From contig CAWEJX010000020.1 in NCBI GenBank assembly GCA_963809485.1, positions 768,001-832,000 of the forward strand: 64,000 bases of DNA, read 5' to 3'. This DNA comes from an uncultured Acidobacteriota bacterium. GTDB lineage: Bacteria; Acidobacteriota; UBA6911. The translations under genes were made by a program, and so were the position numbers. The notes below the pieces were generated by a model. It was not told the DNA's origin and ran no database searches. It saw only the letters and a program-made list of their open reading frames with translations. Of the stretch, positions 18,745 to 29,151 are shown piece after piece (position 1 is the stretch's first letter; each line of letters opens with the position of its first letter).

Positions 18745-20199
18745 ATGGATCCGCAGGTTCGCGTCCGCTTTGCCCCAAGCCCTACAGGCTACCTGCACGT
18801 GGGTGGCGCCCGCACGGCACTGTTCAACTGGCTTTTTGCGCGCCATCACGGCGGCAAGTTCATATTGCGCATCGAGGATACCGATTTCGCCCGGTCTTCG
18901 GAGGAAATGGTCGAGGGCATCCTGAAAGGCATGCGATGGCTTGGCCTGACCTGGGACGAGGGCCCCTACTTCCAATCCCAAACGCTGGACCGCTACCGCG
19001 ATTTCGCGGCCCGGCTATTGGAAACCGGAAGCGCCTATCGCTGCTTTTGCCCTGCGGAGGAAAACGCCGCCGACAAAAACGAAAACCGGGAGGCAAACCT
19101 GGTCCAATCGCCCAGTCACGATTGCGCCGGGCTGACCCGCGAAGAATCGGAACGGCGCGCCGCGTCCGGCGAACCGTATGCCCTGCGCTTCAGGATTCCG
19201 CCGGGCAGGACATCCTTTCACGATCAGGTTTTCGGCGATATAGAGGTCGATAACAAAATTCTGGAAGACTTCGTTCTACTTCGCTCCGATGGTATCCCCA
19301 CCTACCACCTGGGTGTGGTCGTGGATGATCTGGACATGGAAATCACTCACGTCATCCGCGGCGCAGACCACATCTCCAACACACCCAAGCAGGTTCTGAT
19401 CTATCGCGCGTCCGGCGAGCCTCTGCCCGCGTTTGCCCACCTTCCGCTGATTCTCGGCCCGGACAAACAGAGGCTTTCCAAGCGCCACGGAGCGACTTCG
19501 GTAATGTCCTACGCGGAAATGGGCTATATCCCCGACGCGTTTTTCAATTTCCTAGCATTGCTGGGATGGTCGCCCGGCGACGACCGCGAGCTGCTTTCGC
19601 GCCGGGAACTGGCGGAACTGTTCACGCTGGAAGGGGTGGGCAAAGCCAACGCCGTTTTCGGGCTGGAGAAACTGGATTGGCTCAACAGCCAATACCTGCG
19701 CAATGTGTCCCTCGAAAGACTCCGTGAAATGGTCCTCGATGAGCTGAAAACTGCCCGAATCCTGGGCGACGAGACTTCTGCGGTCTCTCCCGCAGATTCG
19801 ATGGATGCCGCTCTGGAACTGCTGAGGAACAGGGCGCACAAGTTGAGCGATTACAGCGGTATCTTCAAGTACTTTTTTACGGATGATTACGTCTATGACC
19901 AGACTGCCGCCGATAGATTTCTGGCGGATCCTAAACTCAAGGACCTGGTACCGGCGCTGCTCGATCAATATCGCCTGGACAACGCTTTCACACTCCAGTC
20001 CACGGAAGACATCCTGCGCGGCCTGGCCCAAAAGGAGGGCGTAAAAGCGGGGCTTCTCATCAACGCGCTGCGCGTAGGCCTGACCGGCCAGGGAGTTGCG
20101 CCGGGCCTGTTCGAGGTCATGCGGGCGCTGGGCCGCAAGCGCACCCTGGAACGCATAGAACGCCTGATTACTTATTTACGAATGACGAATTACGGATGA
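18745..20199 (+). CDS. gltX: Glutamate--tRNA ligase
   Basis: RFAPSPTGYLHVGG, LRIEDTD, IRGADH, RLSKRHG. Confidence 0.97.
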   Translation: MDPQVRVRFAPSPTGYLHVGGARTALFNWLFARHHGGKFILRIEDTDFARSSEEMVEGILKGMRWLGLTWDEGPYFQSQTLDRYRDFAARLLETGSAYRCFCPAEENAADKNENREANLVQSPSHDCAGLTREESERRAASGEPYALRFRIPPGRTSFHDQVFGDIEVDNKILEDFVLLRSDGIPTYHLGVVVDDLDMEITHVIRGADHISNTPKQVLIYRASGEPLPAFAHLPLILGPDKQRLSKRHGATSVMSYAEMGYIPDAFFNFLALLGWSPGDDRELLSRRELAELFTLEGVGKANAVFGLEKLDWLNSQYLRNVSLERLREMVLDELKTARILGDETSAVSPADSMDAALELLRNRAHKLSDYSGIFKYFFTDDYVYDQTAADRFLADPKLKDLVPALLDQYRLDNAFTLQSTEDILRGLAQKEGVKAGLLINALRVGLTGQGVAPGLFEVMRALGRKRTLERIERLITYLRMTNYG

Positions 20200-20340
20200 C
20201 GAATTTAGACAAACATTATCGGGTATGATCAGACAAGTGCATGTCGGGCATTATCCATCTGATGATTGTCCATGATGCAGAGGCCGCTTCCACCGGCATA
20301 GACCAAATTCGTCATTCGCAATTCGTCATTCGTAATTCGA
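20176..20340. repeat. Inverted pair of heptamer tandem repeats (ACGAATK)n ... (ATTCGTM)n
   Basis: TTACGAATGACGAATTACGGATGACGAATTT at 20176-20206 and AAATTCGTCATTCGCAATTCGTCATTCGTAATTCG at 20305-20340. Confidence 0.75.
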
Positions 20341-20352
20341 AAGGGGGATGAC

Positions 20353-21090
20353 ATGACTAAGCTGGGAGTCAACATCGATCACATCGCTACCATCCGCCAG
20401 GCCCGGCAGGCCCTGGAACCAGATCCCGTGGCCGCGGCCATTGTGGCCGAACTGGCAGGAGCCGACGGCATTACGGTCCACTTGCGCAAAGACCGCCGGC
20501 ATATTCAGGACAGCGATGTGCGCCGGTTACGCGAGACGGTGACAACCCGTTTGAATCTTGAAATGGCGGCAACTCCCGAAATGCTTCAGATAGCCCTCCA
20601 GCTTCGCCCGGACCAGGTGACATTGGTCCCGGAAAAAGAGAGCGAGGTCACCACTCAAGGCGGATTGAGCATCGCCGGTTCCGTCAAGCCTATCGCTGCC
20701 GCCGTCCGAAATCTTGCAAAGGGCGGAATACAGGTCAGCCTATTCATCGATCCGGATCCCGAGCAAATTGACGCCTCTGCGGATACCGGGATTTCAATGA
20801 TCGAGCTGAACACGCGCGCATATTCGGAAGCCTCCCCCAAGAGCCCCGATCTGGCCGGGACCGAATTCAAGAGAGAGCTGACAAAGATAGTTCAGGCGGC
20901 CGGGCTGGCCCGTAAAAAAGGGCTGAAGGTCCTTGCAGGTCACGGTCTGACTTACCGCAACGTGGGATTTATCTCGAGCATCCCGGAAATCGAAGAGCTT
21001 AATATCGGGCATAACATCATCGCGCGCGCTGTTCTGGTCGGCCTGGACCGCGCCGTCCGCGAAATGCTGCACGCCATGGAAACAAAATGA
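20353..21090 (+). CDS. pdxJ: Pyridoxine 5'-phosphate synthase
   Basis: [43 protein letters not shown]. Confidence 0.97.
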   Translation: MTKLGVNIDHIATIRQARQALEPDPVAAAIVAELAGADGITVHLRKDRRHIQDSDVRRLRETVTTRLNLEMAATPEMLQIALQLRPDQVTLVPEKESEVTTQGGLSIAGSVKPIAAAVRNLAKGGIQVSLFIDPDPEQIDASADTGISMIELNTRAYSEASPKSPDLAGTEFKRELTKIVQAAGLARKKGLKVLAGHGLTYRNVGFISSIPEIEELNIGHNIIARAVLVGLDRAVREMLHAMETK

Positions 21091-21099
21091 CGAATGACG

Positions 21100-21502
21100 A
21101 GTCAGGTACCTCCGGCAAAGCCGGAGGCTTGAAAGATTTGAACCGCTCAAAGCGGTTGGACTAGTTACGCCGGTCTTGAACGCTGACTTACGCGGGCAAA
21201 AGCCGATGAGGCGCTTCCGATCCCCGCAGGGGCCAGCGCTCCGCGCTGGACAGTTTTCTGCGGCGGCACTGTGGCAAGCGCCGTGAGGCAAGGAGATGAA
21301 GGGTATGAGAAACCGGGCGTTTGCCACAGTGCCGCCGCAGAAAACTTCATCGGAAGCGCCTCATCGGCTTTTGCTCGCCGACCTTCGCCGAACAAATCGG
21401 CGTTTGTCAGCGCTTTTATCAGCGTTTCTCAGCGTTTCAAAACACGGAGCTGTCAAACTCTTTGAGTCCCCCGGCAGAGCCGGGGATTTACTAATGTAAT
21501 TA
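21100..21502. mobile_element. ~400-bp IS200/IS605-like palindromic element, copy 2 (full length)
   Basis: Same termini and nested inverted repeats as copy 1. Confidence 0.85.
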
Positions 21503-21621
21503 AACATTCGCCGCCTCAATTCATGATTCGTAAAAGTGTCGAGTAACCTTTATACCAATTTAGCCAAAGCTGCTGGTTTCTGGGTTGTTTTTTCAATTCG
21601 TAATTCGTCATTCGTAAGGAT

Positions 21622-22473
21622 ATGGGGACACTCTTTCTTGTAGCAACACCGATCGGGAACCTCGAAGACATCACTTTGCGAGCGCTTCGCATATTGAAAG
21701 AAGTGGATCTGATCGCCTGCGAAGACACGCGGTACACCGCCAGGCTCCTGAATCGATACGCCATCGATACCCCGAGGGAGAGCTATCACCAGTTCAATGA
21801 AGCCAGCCGCGCGCCGCAGCTGATACAAATGCTTCGCGCCGGCAAAAACATCGTTCTGGTAAGTGATTCCGGCACGCCGTTGATTTCCGATCCGGGATAC
21901 GAGCTGGTGGCTTCCTGCCGTAGAGAAGGCATTCCGGTCGTGCCGGTTCCCGGGCCATCTGCCGCTATCGCAGCCCTCACCGGCTCGGGCCTGCCCACCG
22001 ACGCATTTTTCTTCGCCGGCTTTCTTCCTGCGAGAAGCTCGCAGAGAAAACGCAGGCTCCAGGAGCTTTCCGAGATCCCCGCAACTCTGATATTTTACGA
22101 AGCCCCGCACCGTATACTAGCATCCCTCGAAGACATGGCAGCCATCCTGGGCGCCCGCCGGGCATGCATCGCCCGCGAATTAACCAAGATGCACGAAGAG
22201 CTTCTCCACGGCACCCTGCCGGAACTTCTCCAAATCTTTCAAGCGCGCCCCAGGATCCAGGGCGAATTCACGATTGTGATTGAGCAGGGACAGACGGTTC
22301 AGGTTTCCGCCATCTGGCCCGACTCCATCAAACAGCATCTGGAAGAGGAAATGAGGAAGAGCGGGCTCCCGAGAAATGAAGCCCTCAAATCCGTAGCCAG
22401 ACAAAGAGGCATCTCGCGCAAAGAAGCCTATAACAAATTGAATGACGAATTACGAATGACGACTGACGAATGA
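21622..22473 (+). CDS. rsmI: 16S rRNA (cytidine1402-2'-O)-methyltransferase
   Basis: LVATPIGNLEDITLRA, CEDTR, SDSGTPLISDPG, FYEAPHR, RELTKMHEE. Confidence 0.97.
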   Translation: MGTLFLVATPIGNLEDITLRALRILKEVDLIACEDTRYTARLLNRYAIDTPRESYHQFNEASRAPQLIQMLRAGKNIVLVSDSGTPLISDPGYELVASCRREGIPVVPVPGPSAAIAALTGSGLPTDAFFFAGFLPARSSQRKRRLQELSEIPATLIFYEAPHRILASLEDMAAILGARRACIARELTKMHEELLHGTLPELLQIFQARPRIQGEFTIVIEQGQTVQVSAIWPDSIKQHLEEEMRKSGLPRNEALKSVARQRGISRKEAYNKLNDELRMTTDE

Positions 22474-22612
22474 AAACATGCATTCCGAGAGTCCACATAC
22501 GTTGCATCTATTCGTCAGCAATTCCTGCCAAATATATCCGTGAAAACCGAAAAACCGGCTTTTTATATTCGTAATTCGAAATTCGTCATTCGTAATTCGT
22601 AATTCGTAATTA
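22436..22612. repeat. Inverted pair of ACGAATK/ATTCGTM heptamer arrays between convergent genes
   Basis: AATGACGAATTACGAATGACG at about 22441 and ATTCGTAATTCGAAATTCGTCATTCGTAATTCGTAATTCGTAATT at about 22567. Confidence 0.75.
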
Positions 22613-23161
22613 TGGAATAAGGCCTTTCCCGTCAAGTTCCCCCGGAAGAAATCCGGCTTTGCGGCCTTGGTCGTAGACTTCGGATCTTTCCTTACGCTGC
22701 TGCTTCAGCCTGAGCTCCAGATCCTCGATTTCTTCCTGCAACCGGCGGAGCGAGTCCGCGTTTCCTGCGGCTCTGGAAATCGGTCCGACTTTCGGAGGGG
22801 CCCATTTTTCAGCCTGAAGGCGTGCCCTGCGCGCCTTGAGGCGTTCCTCGTCTTTCTGTATCGAACGGTCCAGCTTCTGAAGCGCGGTACGGTAACCGCG
22901 AACCGACGGTTGACCTTTGCCGGAAGCCGACTCTTTGATCGATTTTTGGGGCGCCGAGTGATCAGGCGCAAATACGGTCAGGTTTCCGTTTGGGGCCAGA
23001 AGCTCCGGATCACCCTCGATGATTTTTGTTTCGATTCCCTGCTCATCCATCCGCCTCCTCCGCTCAGCTTCCTGACGGGCGACATCAGCCAGGGACTGAA
23101 GCGCGAAAATCAGCAATACGGCAAGGCTGGAGGATCTGAAATTTGCGGCCACCATGTCCAT
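22610..23161 (-). CDS. Hypothetical secreted coiled-coil protein
   Basis: Hydrophobic N-terminus, QSLADVARQE, coiled-coil region, GRKAGFLPG end. Confidence 0.75.
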   Translation of the reverse strand: MDMVAANFRSSSLAVLLIFALQSLADVARQEAERRRRMDEQGIETKIIEGDPELLAPNGNLTVFAPDHSAPQKSIKESASGKGQPSVRGYRTALQKLDRSIQKDEERLKARRARLQAEKWAPPKVGPISRAAGNADSLRRLQEEIEDLELRLKQQRKERSEVYDQGRKAGFLPGELDGKGLIP

Positions 23162-23210
23162 CTAATGACCGGATGCGGTTTTGAGCAAGAAAAAATCGAG
23201 AGGATCGGAA

Positions 23211-24659
23211 CTAAACCTGAAGCGGCGGGGCGGCAAAAGGAAAGGATTGAGCGTACGCTTCGGCAAACCGAAGCAGCACCGACTCCTGGAACTGGTTCGC
23301 GAGGACCTGAAGACCTACAGGCAGGCCGGCACTGGTGAATCCGCAGGGAAGCGAAAGCGCCGGAATTCCGGCGAGGTTCGCCGTGACGGTATATATATCC
23401 GAAAGGTACATGGACAATGGATCCGAAATCTTTTCACCGATCCTAAAGGCGGCTGTCGGGCTGACCGGACTGATCAATGCGTCGACTTTCTCGAACGCCC
23501 GGTCGTAATCGCGCTTGATCAGGGTCCGCACCTTCATGGCCCGGCCATAATAGGCTTCATAGTAGCCTGACGAAAGAGCATAGGTCCCGATCATTATCCG
23601 CCGCTTTACCTCCGCGCCGAATCCGTCGCTTCGGGTACGCTTGTACATGTCCGACAGGTCCTTCGGAGCGGAGACGCGTTCCCCGTACCGAACGCCGTCA
23701 TAGCGGGCAAGGTTGGAGCTGGCCTCTGCGGGAGCGATAATGTAGTAGTCTGCGATGGCATAGCGGGTATTGGGAAGAGAAACGTCCATCAGCTCGCAGC
23801 CGAGCGAATGTGCATTGCGGATAGCTGCTTCGATAGCCAATTTTACTTCGGGATCCAGACCCTCTCCGAAAAACTCCCGGGGTATTCCCAGTCTCAGGCC
23901 TCGTACCGGCTTGTTCAGCTCCGCGGCATAGTCCGGCACCGGCACGGGTGACGACGTGGAATCGCGAGCATCCCGGCCCGCAAGAACACCCAAGAGAAGG
24001 GCAACATCCTTAGGATTATTCCCGATGGGAGCAACGCAGTCCAGGGACGACGCAAAGGCAACCAGGCCATAGCGGGATATGCGGCCATAGGTAGGTTTCA
24101 GCCCCAAAACATTGCAGAAAGAAGCCGGTTGCCGGACGGATCCGCCGGTTTCCGACCCCAGCGCCAGGGTCGCCATCCCGGCGGCCACCGCCACTGCGCT
24201 GCCACCGCTGCTGCCACCGGAAACGCGCTCCGGATCATAGGGATTCCGCGTCACATGGAAGGCGGAGTTTTCGGTGGAAGAACCCATGGCGAATTCGTCA
24301 CAGTTGGCCTTGCCGATGATTAGGGCACCGGCAAGCTCCAGGCGCTCGACAGCGGTAGCGTTGTAGGGCGGAAGATAATTCCGCAGGATTCGGGAGCCGC
24401 AGGTAGTCCGCAGGTTTCGCGTGCAGATATTGTCCTTGACGGCAACGGGAACGCCGGCAAGCGGATAGTCACGCTCCCTTATCGTGCGGTCGATTTCATC
24501 GGCGCGCGCCAGAATCCTTTCCGGTTCGACGGTCAGGAAAGCTCCCAGTTTTGCATCGAGTGTTTCTATGCGCTGCAAGGCGGCGGCAGCCACTTCCCTT
24601 GCCGTAACCTGGCCCGAACGGATCGCACCGCTGATAACCGAAGCATCTCTAATATCCAT
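23211..24659 (-). CDS. gatA: Asp/Glu-tRNA amidotransferase subunit A
   Basis: [34 protein letters not shown]. Confidence 0.97.
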   Translation of the reverse strand: MDIRDASVISGAIRSGQVTAREVAAAALQRIETLDAKLGAFLTVEPERILARADEIDRTIRERDYPLAGVPVAVKDNICTRNLRTTCGSRILRNYLPPYNATAVERLELAGALIIGKANCDEFAMGSSTENSAFHVTRNPYDPERVSGGSSGGSAVAVAAGMATLALGSETGGSVRQPASFCNVLGLKPTYGRISRYGLVAFASSLDCVAPIGNNPKDVALLLGVLAGRDARDSTSSPVPVPDYAAELNKPVRGLRLGIPREFFGEGLDPEVKLAIEAAIRNAHSLGCELMDVSLPNTRYAIADYYIIAPAEASSNLARYDGVRYGERVSAPKDLSDMYKRTRSDGFGAEVKRRIMIGTYALSSGYYEAYYGRAMKVRTLIKRDYDRAFEKVDALISPVSPTAAFRIGEKISDPLSMYLSDIYTVTANLAGIPALSLPCGFTSAGLPVGLQVLANQFQESVLLRFAEAYAQSFPFAAPPLQV

Positions 24660-24753
24660 CTCTAGTTCCTGACAAAAAAGGCAGCATCAGAAATGCCGTC
24701 TTCCGGCTTCCCGTTTCGACAGATATATCTTTGTATCATTCTCTATTTATCAA

Positions 24754-25050
24754 TCAGATTACCTTGGGGACCCTGAAATGACCGGAACCCGCATCCGGCG
24801 CGTTCGCGAGGCTTTCCTCGACAGGCAGGGACGGTTTGATTTCATCTTCCCTGAAGATATGCCGCTCGAAATCGGCTGTCAGGGAAACATGGCTCGTGGG
24901 CTCCACTTCCTCGACGTCCGCTTCTTTGAGCTGCTCAATATAATCCAGGATGCGCTGAAACTGGACGGTGAAGGCGTCAAGCTCCTCTTCACTGAAATGA
25001 AGCTTTGCCAGATCGGCTATTTTAAGAACTTCGGCTCGGGTTATGGACAC
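24754..25050 (-). CDS. gatC: Asp/Glu-tRNA amidotransferase subunit C
   Basis: ITRAEVLKIADLAKL...FREDE...NAP...FRVPKVI; GTG start after GGAG. Confidence 0.93.
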   Translation of the reverse strand: MSITRAEVLKIADLAKLHFSEEELDAFTVQFQRILDYIEQLKEADVEEVEPTSHVSLTADFERHIFREDEIKPSLPVEESLANAPDAGSGHFRVPKVI

Positions 25051-25271
25051 GGTTGAGTCTCCGACAAACACGCCTAATCAAAAAACCGGCAAAACCGGAG
25101 TTTTGGTCATACACGGTTCAAAGCGCCCGGATCGGCTCCACCGGCTTCAGCCGCTGACACACTCTGATTTTCATCCTGAAGGTCAGCGTTCGCCATTCCT
25201 GGCACTTTCAAGCTTCATAGGTATCCCAACAAAGTTCTGACCGTCCCAATCTATAGAGATTCGCCCTCGCA

Positions 25272-26237
25272 TCAATCCCAGGACCGGCTGGGAACTGCGA
25301 TTTTCAGCCAGGTAAAATAGCGCCGGGCATTGGCGATATCCTTCCGGATCTGCTCGATCAGAGCCTGCCTCCCGGAAAACCGTCTTTCATCGCGCAGGCG
25401 CACAAGAAAATCCAGGGAAACCTGCTTATCGTAAATATCCTGCTCGAAATCAAGTACGTGCGTTTCGATGCTGAGAGTTGCTCCTTCGTCCGTATCGACG
25501 GTGGGACGAAATCCGATATTTGTTACGCCCTTGTATCTGCGGCCTTCCAGGTTGAGCATCGTGACATAAACACCCCGGCGCGGAATCAGCTCATTGGGCG
25601 ACCGGAGGTTTGCCGTGGGGACTCGAAGCCGGGAGCCGAGGCCTATTCCATGGATGATTTCACCCTCCAGCGCAAAGGGACGTCCCAGCAGACGCCGCGC
25701 CAGCCCGACCTGTCCGGAGATCAAAGCCTGGCGTATCCCGGTGCTCGAGACGCGGCTGTCCCGGAATTGCACCTGGTGGATTTTTGCGGCCAAAAAGCCT
25801 TTTTCTTCGCCGATTTCCTTGAGCAGATTGAAGCTTCCCTGCCTGCGGTTTCCGAATGCGAAATTGGGCCCGACATAAATCTCTTTCGGGCGAAGCTTCT
25901 CCCATAGGACCTGCAGCGCAAAACCGCGCGCACTCATCTGCGCAAGCGTCAGGTCAAAGGGAATGATGACAACCAGCGGGATTCCCAGGGTTTCAATGGT
26001 TGCAATTTTCTGATTGAGTGTCTGGATCTGCAGCGGTGCATTGTTTGGCGCCAGAACCTGGAGCGGATGGGGGTGAAAAGTCATCACAACCGGAGTGCCG
26101 TTTATCCTGGCCGCACGGGCCATCAGGTCCCGCATCAGGCCCTGATGGCCGAGGTGAACTCCGTCGAAATTTCCAATGGTGACAACAGGCGCCGGATATT
26201 CCGGAATCAGCTCCTCCAGGCGGTAGATAACTGTCAT
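25272..26237 (-). CDS. ribF: Bifunctional riboflavin kinase/FAD synthetase
   Basis: IGNFDGVHLGHQ, VSSTGIR, PTAN, NIGFRPT, IETHVLDF. Confidence 0.96.
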   Translation of the reverse strand: MTVIYRLEELIPEYPAPVVTIGNFDGVHLGHQGLMRDLMARAARINGTPVVMTFHPHPLQVLAPNNAPLQIQTLNQKIATIETLGIPLVVIIPFDLTLAQMSARGFALQVLWEKLRPKEIYVGPNFAFGNRRQGSFNLLKEIGEEKGFLAAKIHQVQFRDSRVSSTGIRQALISGQVGLARRLLGRPFALEGEIIHGIGLGSRLRVPTANLRSPNELIPRRGVYVTMLNLEGRRYKGVTNIGFRPTVDTDEGATLSIETHVLDFEQDIYDKQVSLDFLVRLRDERRFSGRQALIEQIRKDIANARRYFTWLKIAVPSRSWD

Positions 26238-26245
26238 ATTCCCTG

Positions 26246-26671
26246 CTAGATCTTGATCCGGTTGGTCTTCGCCATGTACTTCATCCGGAGCTCGTAGAGA
26301 ACATTCTCAAGCAGTTGCCGCTCGTCGTTGCTCAGATTGCCTTTGGTCTTCTCCTCGAGCATGTTCAGGATATCGATCGTATGTCGGGCCGCCTCGATGT
26401 CCTCTTCCTTCTTATTGGTATAGGGATTTGGTATTTCGCCCATCAGCACAAGGCCCTGCGTATAGTAAGAAAGCAGATAGGAAGGAAAGTCTATGGCAGG
26501 CCTGGGGGGGATATCCTGCTGCGCAGATTTTGCTTCTTCTTTGGAAGACGGCTCTGTGATTGGTTTTTCCTGTGGTTTTTGGCTGTCTTCCGGAGCCCGC
26601 GCTTCGCCATCTTCGCGGAACCCCCTTTTATCGGTTATCGTAAAACTCTGTTCTTCCTGTTCTTTAGTCAT
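26246..26671 (-). CDS. DUF1844-like protein
   Basis: FTITDKRG...GEIPNP...ARHTIDILNMLEEKTKGNL...LYELRMKY. Confidence 0.85.
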   Translation of the reverse strand: MTKEQEEQSFTITDKRGFREDGEARAPEDSQKPQEKPITEPSSKEEAKSAQQDIPPRPAIDFPSYLLSYYTQGLVLMGEIPNPYTNKKEEDIEAARHTIDILNMLEEKTKGNLSNDERQLLENVLYELRMKYMAKTNRIKI

Positions 26672-27116
26672 AGCGGCACCTATCCGAAGACTGGGTGGGA
26701 ATTGAATTTAAAATGCTATCATCGGCCTTATTGCGGCTCAAGGGAAATTGCCGAAATCACGCCTCTCTAACGCATTGCAGCGCCATCGCGACGGCTGCCC
26801 TTCACCTGCCGTCTCAGAAGACAATATGCGTTGCAGGCGGAACGTCAGGCTGATCCAGTTGGAAATGCTTTTGTGCTGCAGCTCACCGCCCCGTCAGGCT
26901 AACCTCGGTGCATCCTGACTGCATCGGGCGAAAATATATCTCATATGCAAAATGCGGCCCCGAGCGACATGCTGGGGGGCACAGGTCGCCTGCTCCGGCC
27001 GGGCAATACCACGCGCCTGCATCAGCCGAATCCGGAGACCCGTTCCGCCTGTCGTGCAACTCTTATCGATGCCCACCCTGCGCAGTGCTTCGGAGAAACC
27101 TTTTGGGAAATGCAGC

Positions 27117-27674
27117 CTAGGAGACCGGCTTTTTCCCGGCCAGGATCAGCTCGGCGTTGTAAACCTTTTTCTGGACTTCCTTTGCCAAAGCCCTGGCTTT
27201 TATCAGGTCCCCTTCGTTCATCAGCCTATCAATGGAAATGCTTCCCTCTTCCACTTCGGCAGCGATAGGCGCGATCTGTTTTACCACCCTGGGAACCACT
27301 CTGCCGCTATCCATGGCAGTCTTGACTTTGGCGAATCGCTCGCCGATCGTTAACTGCATTTCGGCGATTTCCTTGGCAATACCTTCACCATTTGCCCTGG
27401 CAATAGTGGCTGCCTTCTCAAATCTGGATTTGGCCCTGAGATAGAGGGTTTTTGCAGGCTTTTTTTCCGCAACCGCCGATTGTGCCTGCTCCCAGGTTAG
27501 CATCGCTTCCTTATAATTTGAGGGCGCGAGGTCTTCTGCATGAACACTGTTGGCCTGATCCATTGCCGTCTGGGCTGCCTTGATTTCTGCTTCAGGATTT
27601 TGATAGCCGCAGCCGTAACAGACAAGCAGAACCAGCAGGCCGCAACCAACAAAAAATCGACTCGATTTTCTCAT
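27117..27674 (-). CDS. Helical lipoprotein (DUF4398-like)
   Basis: Signal peptide with YGC lipobox-like motif; Ala-rich helical repeats; AAGGGAGG RBS. Confidence 0.75.
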   Translation of the reverse strand: MRKSSRFFVGCGLLVLLVCYGCGYQNPEAEIKAAQTAMDQANSVHAEDLAPSNYKEAMLTWEQAQSAVAEKKPAKTLYLRAKSRFEKAATIARANGEGIAKEIAEMQLTIGERFAKVKTAMDSGRVVPRVVKQIAPIAAEVEEGSISIDRLMNEGDLIKARALAKEVQKKVYNAELILAGKKPVS

Positions 27675-27858
27675 TATTGACCCTCCCTTGATTTTTTCCG
27701 GATTAAGCCTATCTTAACACCAAGATTTCGAGGCGCAAAGCCTCTCGCTGCCTATAAAATAGTTTATCAGGAAGGGCAGAATCCCCAAAACAGGATGATC
27801 CCCTCGAGGGGCGGCTGCATCTTATGCTATGAATATGGAACGGAGCAGATCAATTTCC

Positions 27859-28878
27859 ATGAATATCAAGCTTCCCGTCGCGTTCTTCCTCGGTCTTTCC
27901 CTTCTATGGGGACTCCCGGCAGAAAAGAAATCCGGGAAAAAGCCCGAAGACGACCAGACAATACGCGTGAATGTTGAGATGGTCTCGCTCCCGGTCGTGG
28001 TGACAACCCGGGACGGGAAGCGCATCACCGATCTCCAGCAGCAGGATTTCCAGGTCTTTGAGGATGGCATGCGGCAGGAGATTGCGGGATTTGCCGCAAC
28101 GGATGAGCCTCTGGAAATCGCTCTCCTGCTGGACACCAGCGGAAGCACCGAACTGCAGTTGGCCAGGATACAGAACGCCGCCATCGATTTTGTGAACCAG
28201 CTGCATCCCGACGATGAAGTCGCGGTGATTTCATTTGCCGAGGATATCAAGCTTCAGCAGGATTTCACAATCGATCGGGACAGAAACGAGTACGGCATCA
28301 AAAAGACCAGGCCGGGCGGGTGCACGGTTGAATTCGAAGCCGTCTGGCTGGCCCTGGAGGAAGTGCTCAAGCCTATCAAAGAAAGAAAAGCCCTGGTGCT
28401 TTTCACCGATGGGGTGGATACGTGCAGCCGCAAGGCAAATGAGAGGGAGACCCTCGAGCTGGCAAAAGAAACTCAGGCGACCATCTATTGTGTCTACTAC
28501 AACACAGAATACGACCAGTACCGCACAAGGACCCGAACCACCGGGGGTTATCCGGTGCCTCAATTCCCTCCCGTGATTGTCAATCCCCTTCCCCCCATAT
28601 CGGGGGGGCCGGGCTCCACTACCCCGGAGCACCAGGCGGGGCGGCAATACCTTTCCAAACTGGCGGAATACAGCGGCGGTCTGGTTTTCGACGGCATGGA
28701 GGATCTGAGTTACGCTTTCGCCCAGGTTGCGAAGGAGCTGGCGAGCCAGTACAGCATCGGATACTATTCCACCAACAACAAGCACGACGGGAAGTTCCGC
28801 AAGGTGGAGATAAAAATGAATAAGCCGGATCTCAGGGCGCGAACCAAGAAAGGCTATTTTGCAAAAAAAGACAAGTGA
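27859..28878 (+). CDS. VWA domain protein (Acidobacterial VWFA-related type)
   Basis: DFQVFEDG, LLLDTSGS MIDAS motif, FTDGVD, QYSIGYY...DGKFRKVEI. Confidence 0.9.
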   Translation: MNIKLPVAFFLGLSLLWGLPAEKKSGKKPEDDQTIRVNVEMVSLPVVVTTRDGKRITDLQQQDFQVFEDGMRQEIAGFAATDEPLEIALLLDTSGSTELQLARIQNAAIDFVNQLHPDDEVAVISFAEDIKLQQDFTIDRDRNEYGIKKTRPGGCTVEFEAVWLALEEVLKPIKERKALVLFTDGVDTCSRKANERETLELAKETQATIYCVYYNTEYDQYRTRTRTTGGYPVPQFPPVIVNPLPPISGGPGSTTPEHQAGRQYLSKLAEYSGGLVFDGMEDLSYAFAQVAKELASQYSIGYYSTNNKHDGKFRKVEIKMNKPDLRARTKKGYFAKKDK

Positions 28879-29151
28879 TCCGGATCGCCCGTGTTTCGGC
28901 GAACCGGCGCCCAGGAATCCGGCCGTCCATGACGCAACAGAATCCCTCCCAGTTCTTCGAATCCGGGCTTTAAAAGGCCCGGCTGCATTCATCCGGCTGC
29001 GACGCGGCCTGTTCCTGGCATTTCGAACAAAAGGACGCCGACCATTGTTTTGGGGATCAGTGAGTCAGCGTTTTGAGCGCATCTGTTAGAAGTACGCTCA
29101 ATTGGGGGAACGCATTCGGGAGCCAAACGACCGGCTGGAGGGAGGCGTGAG

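Noticed and set aside
21100-21502. CRISPR array interpretation of the repeat
   Set aside because: Copies are dispersed and ~400 bp with inverted rather than spaced direct repeats; no cas genes in the window
26760-27110. Long intergenic region as a possible ncRNA
   Set aside because: No recognisable motif, repeat or strong structure by eye
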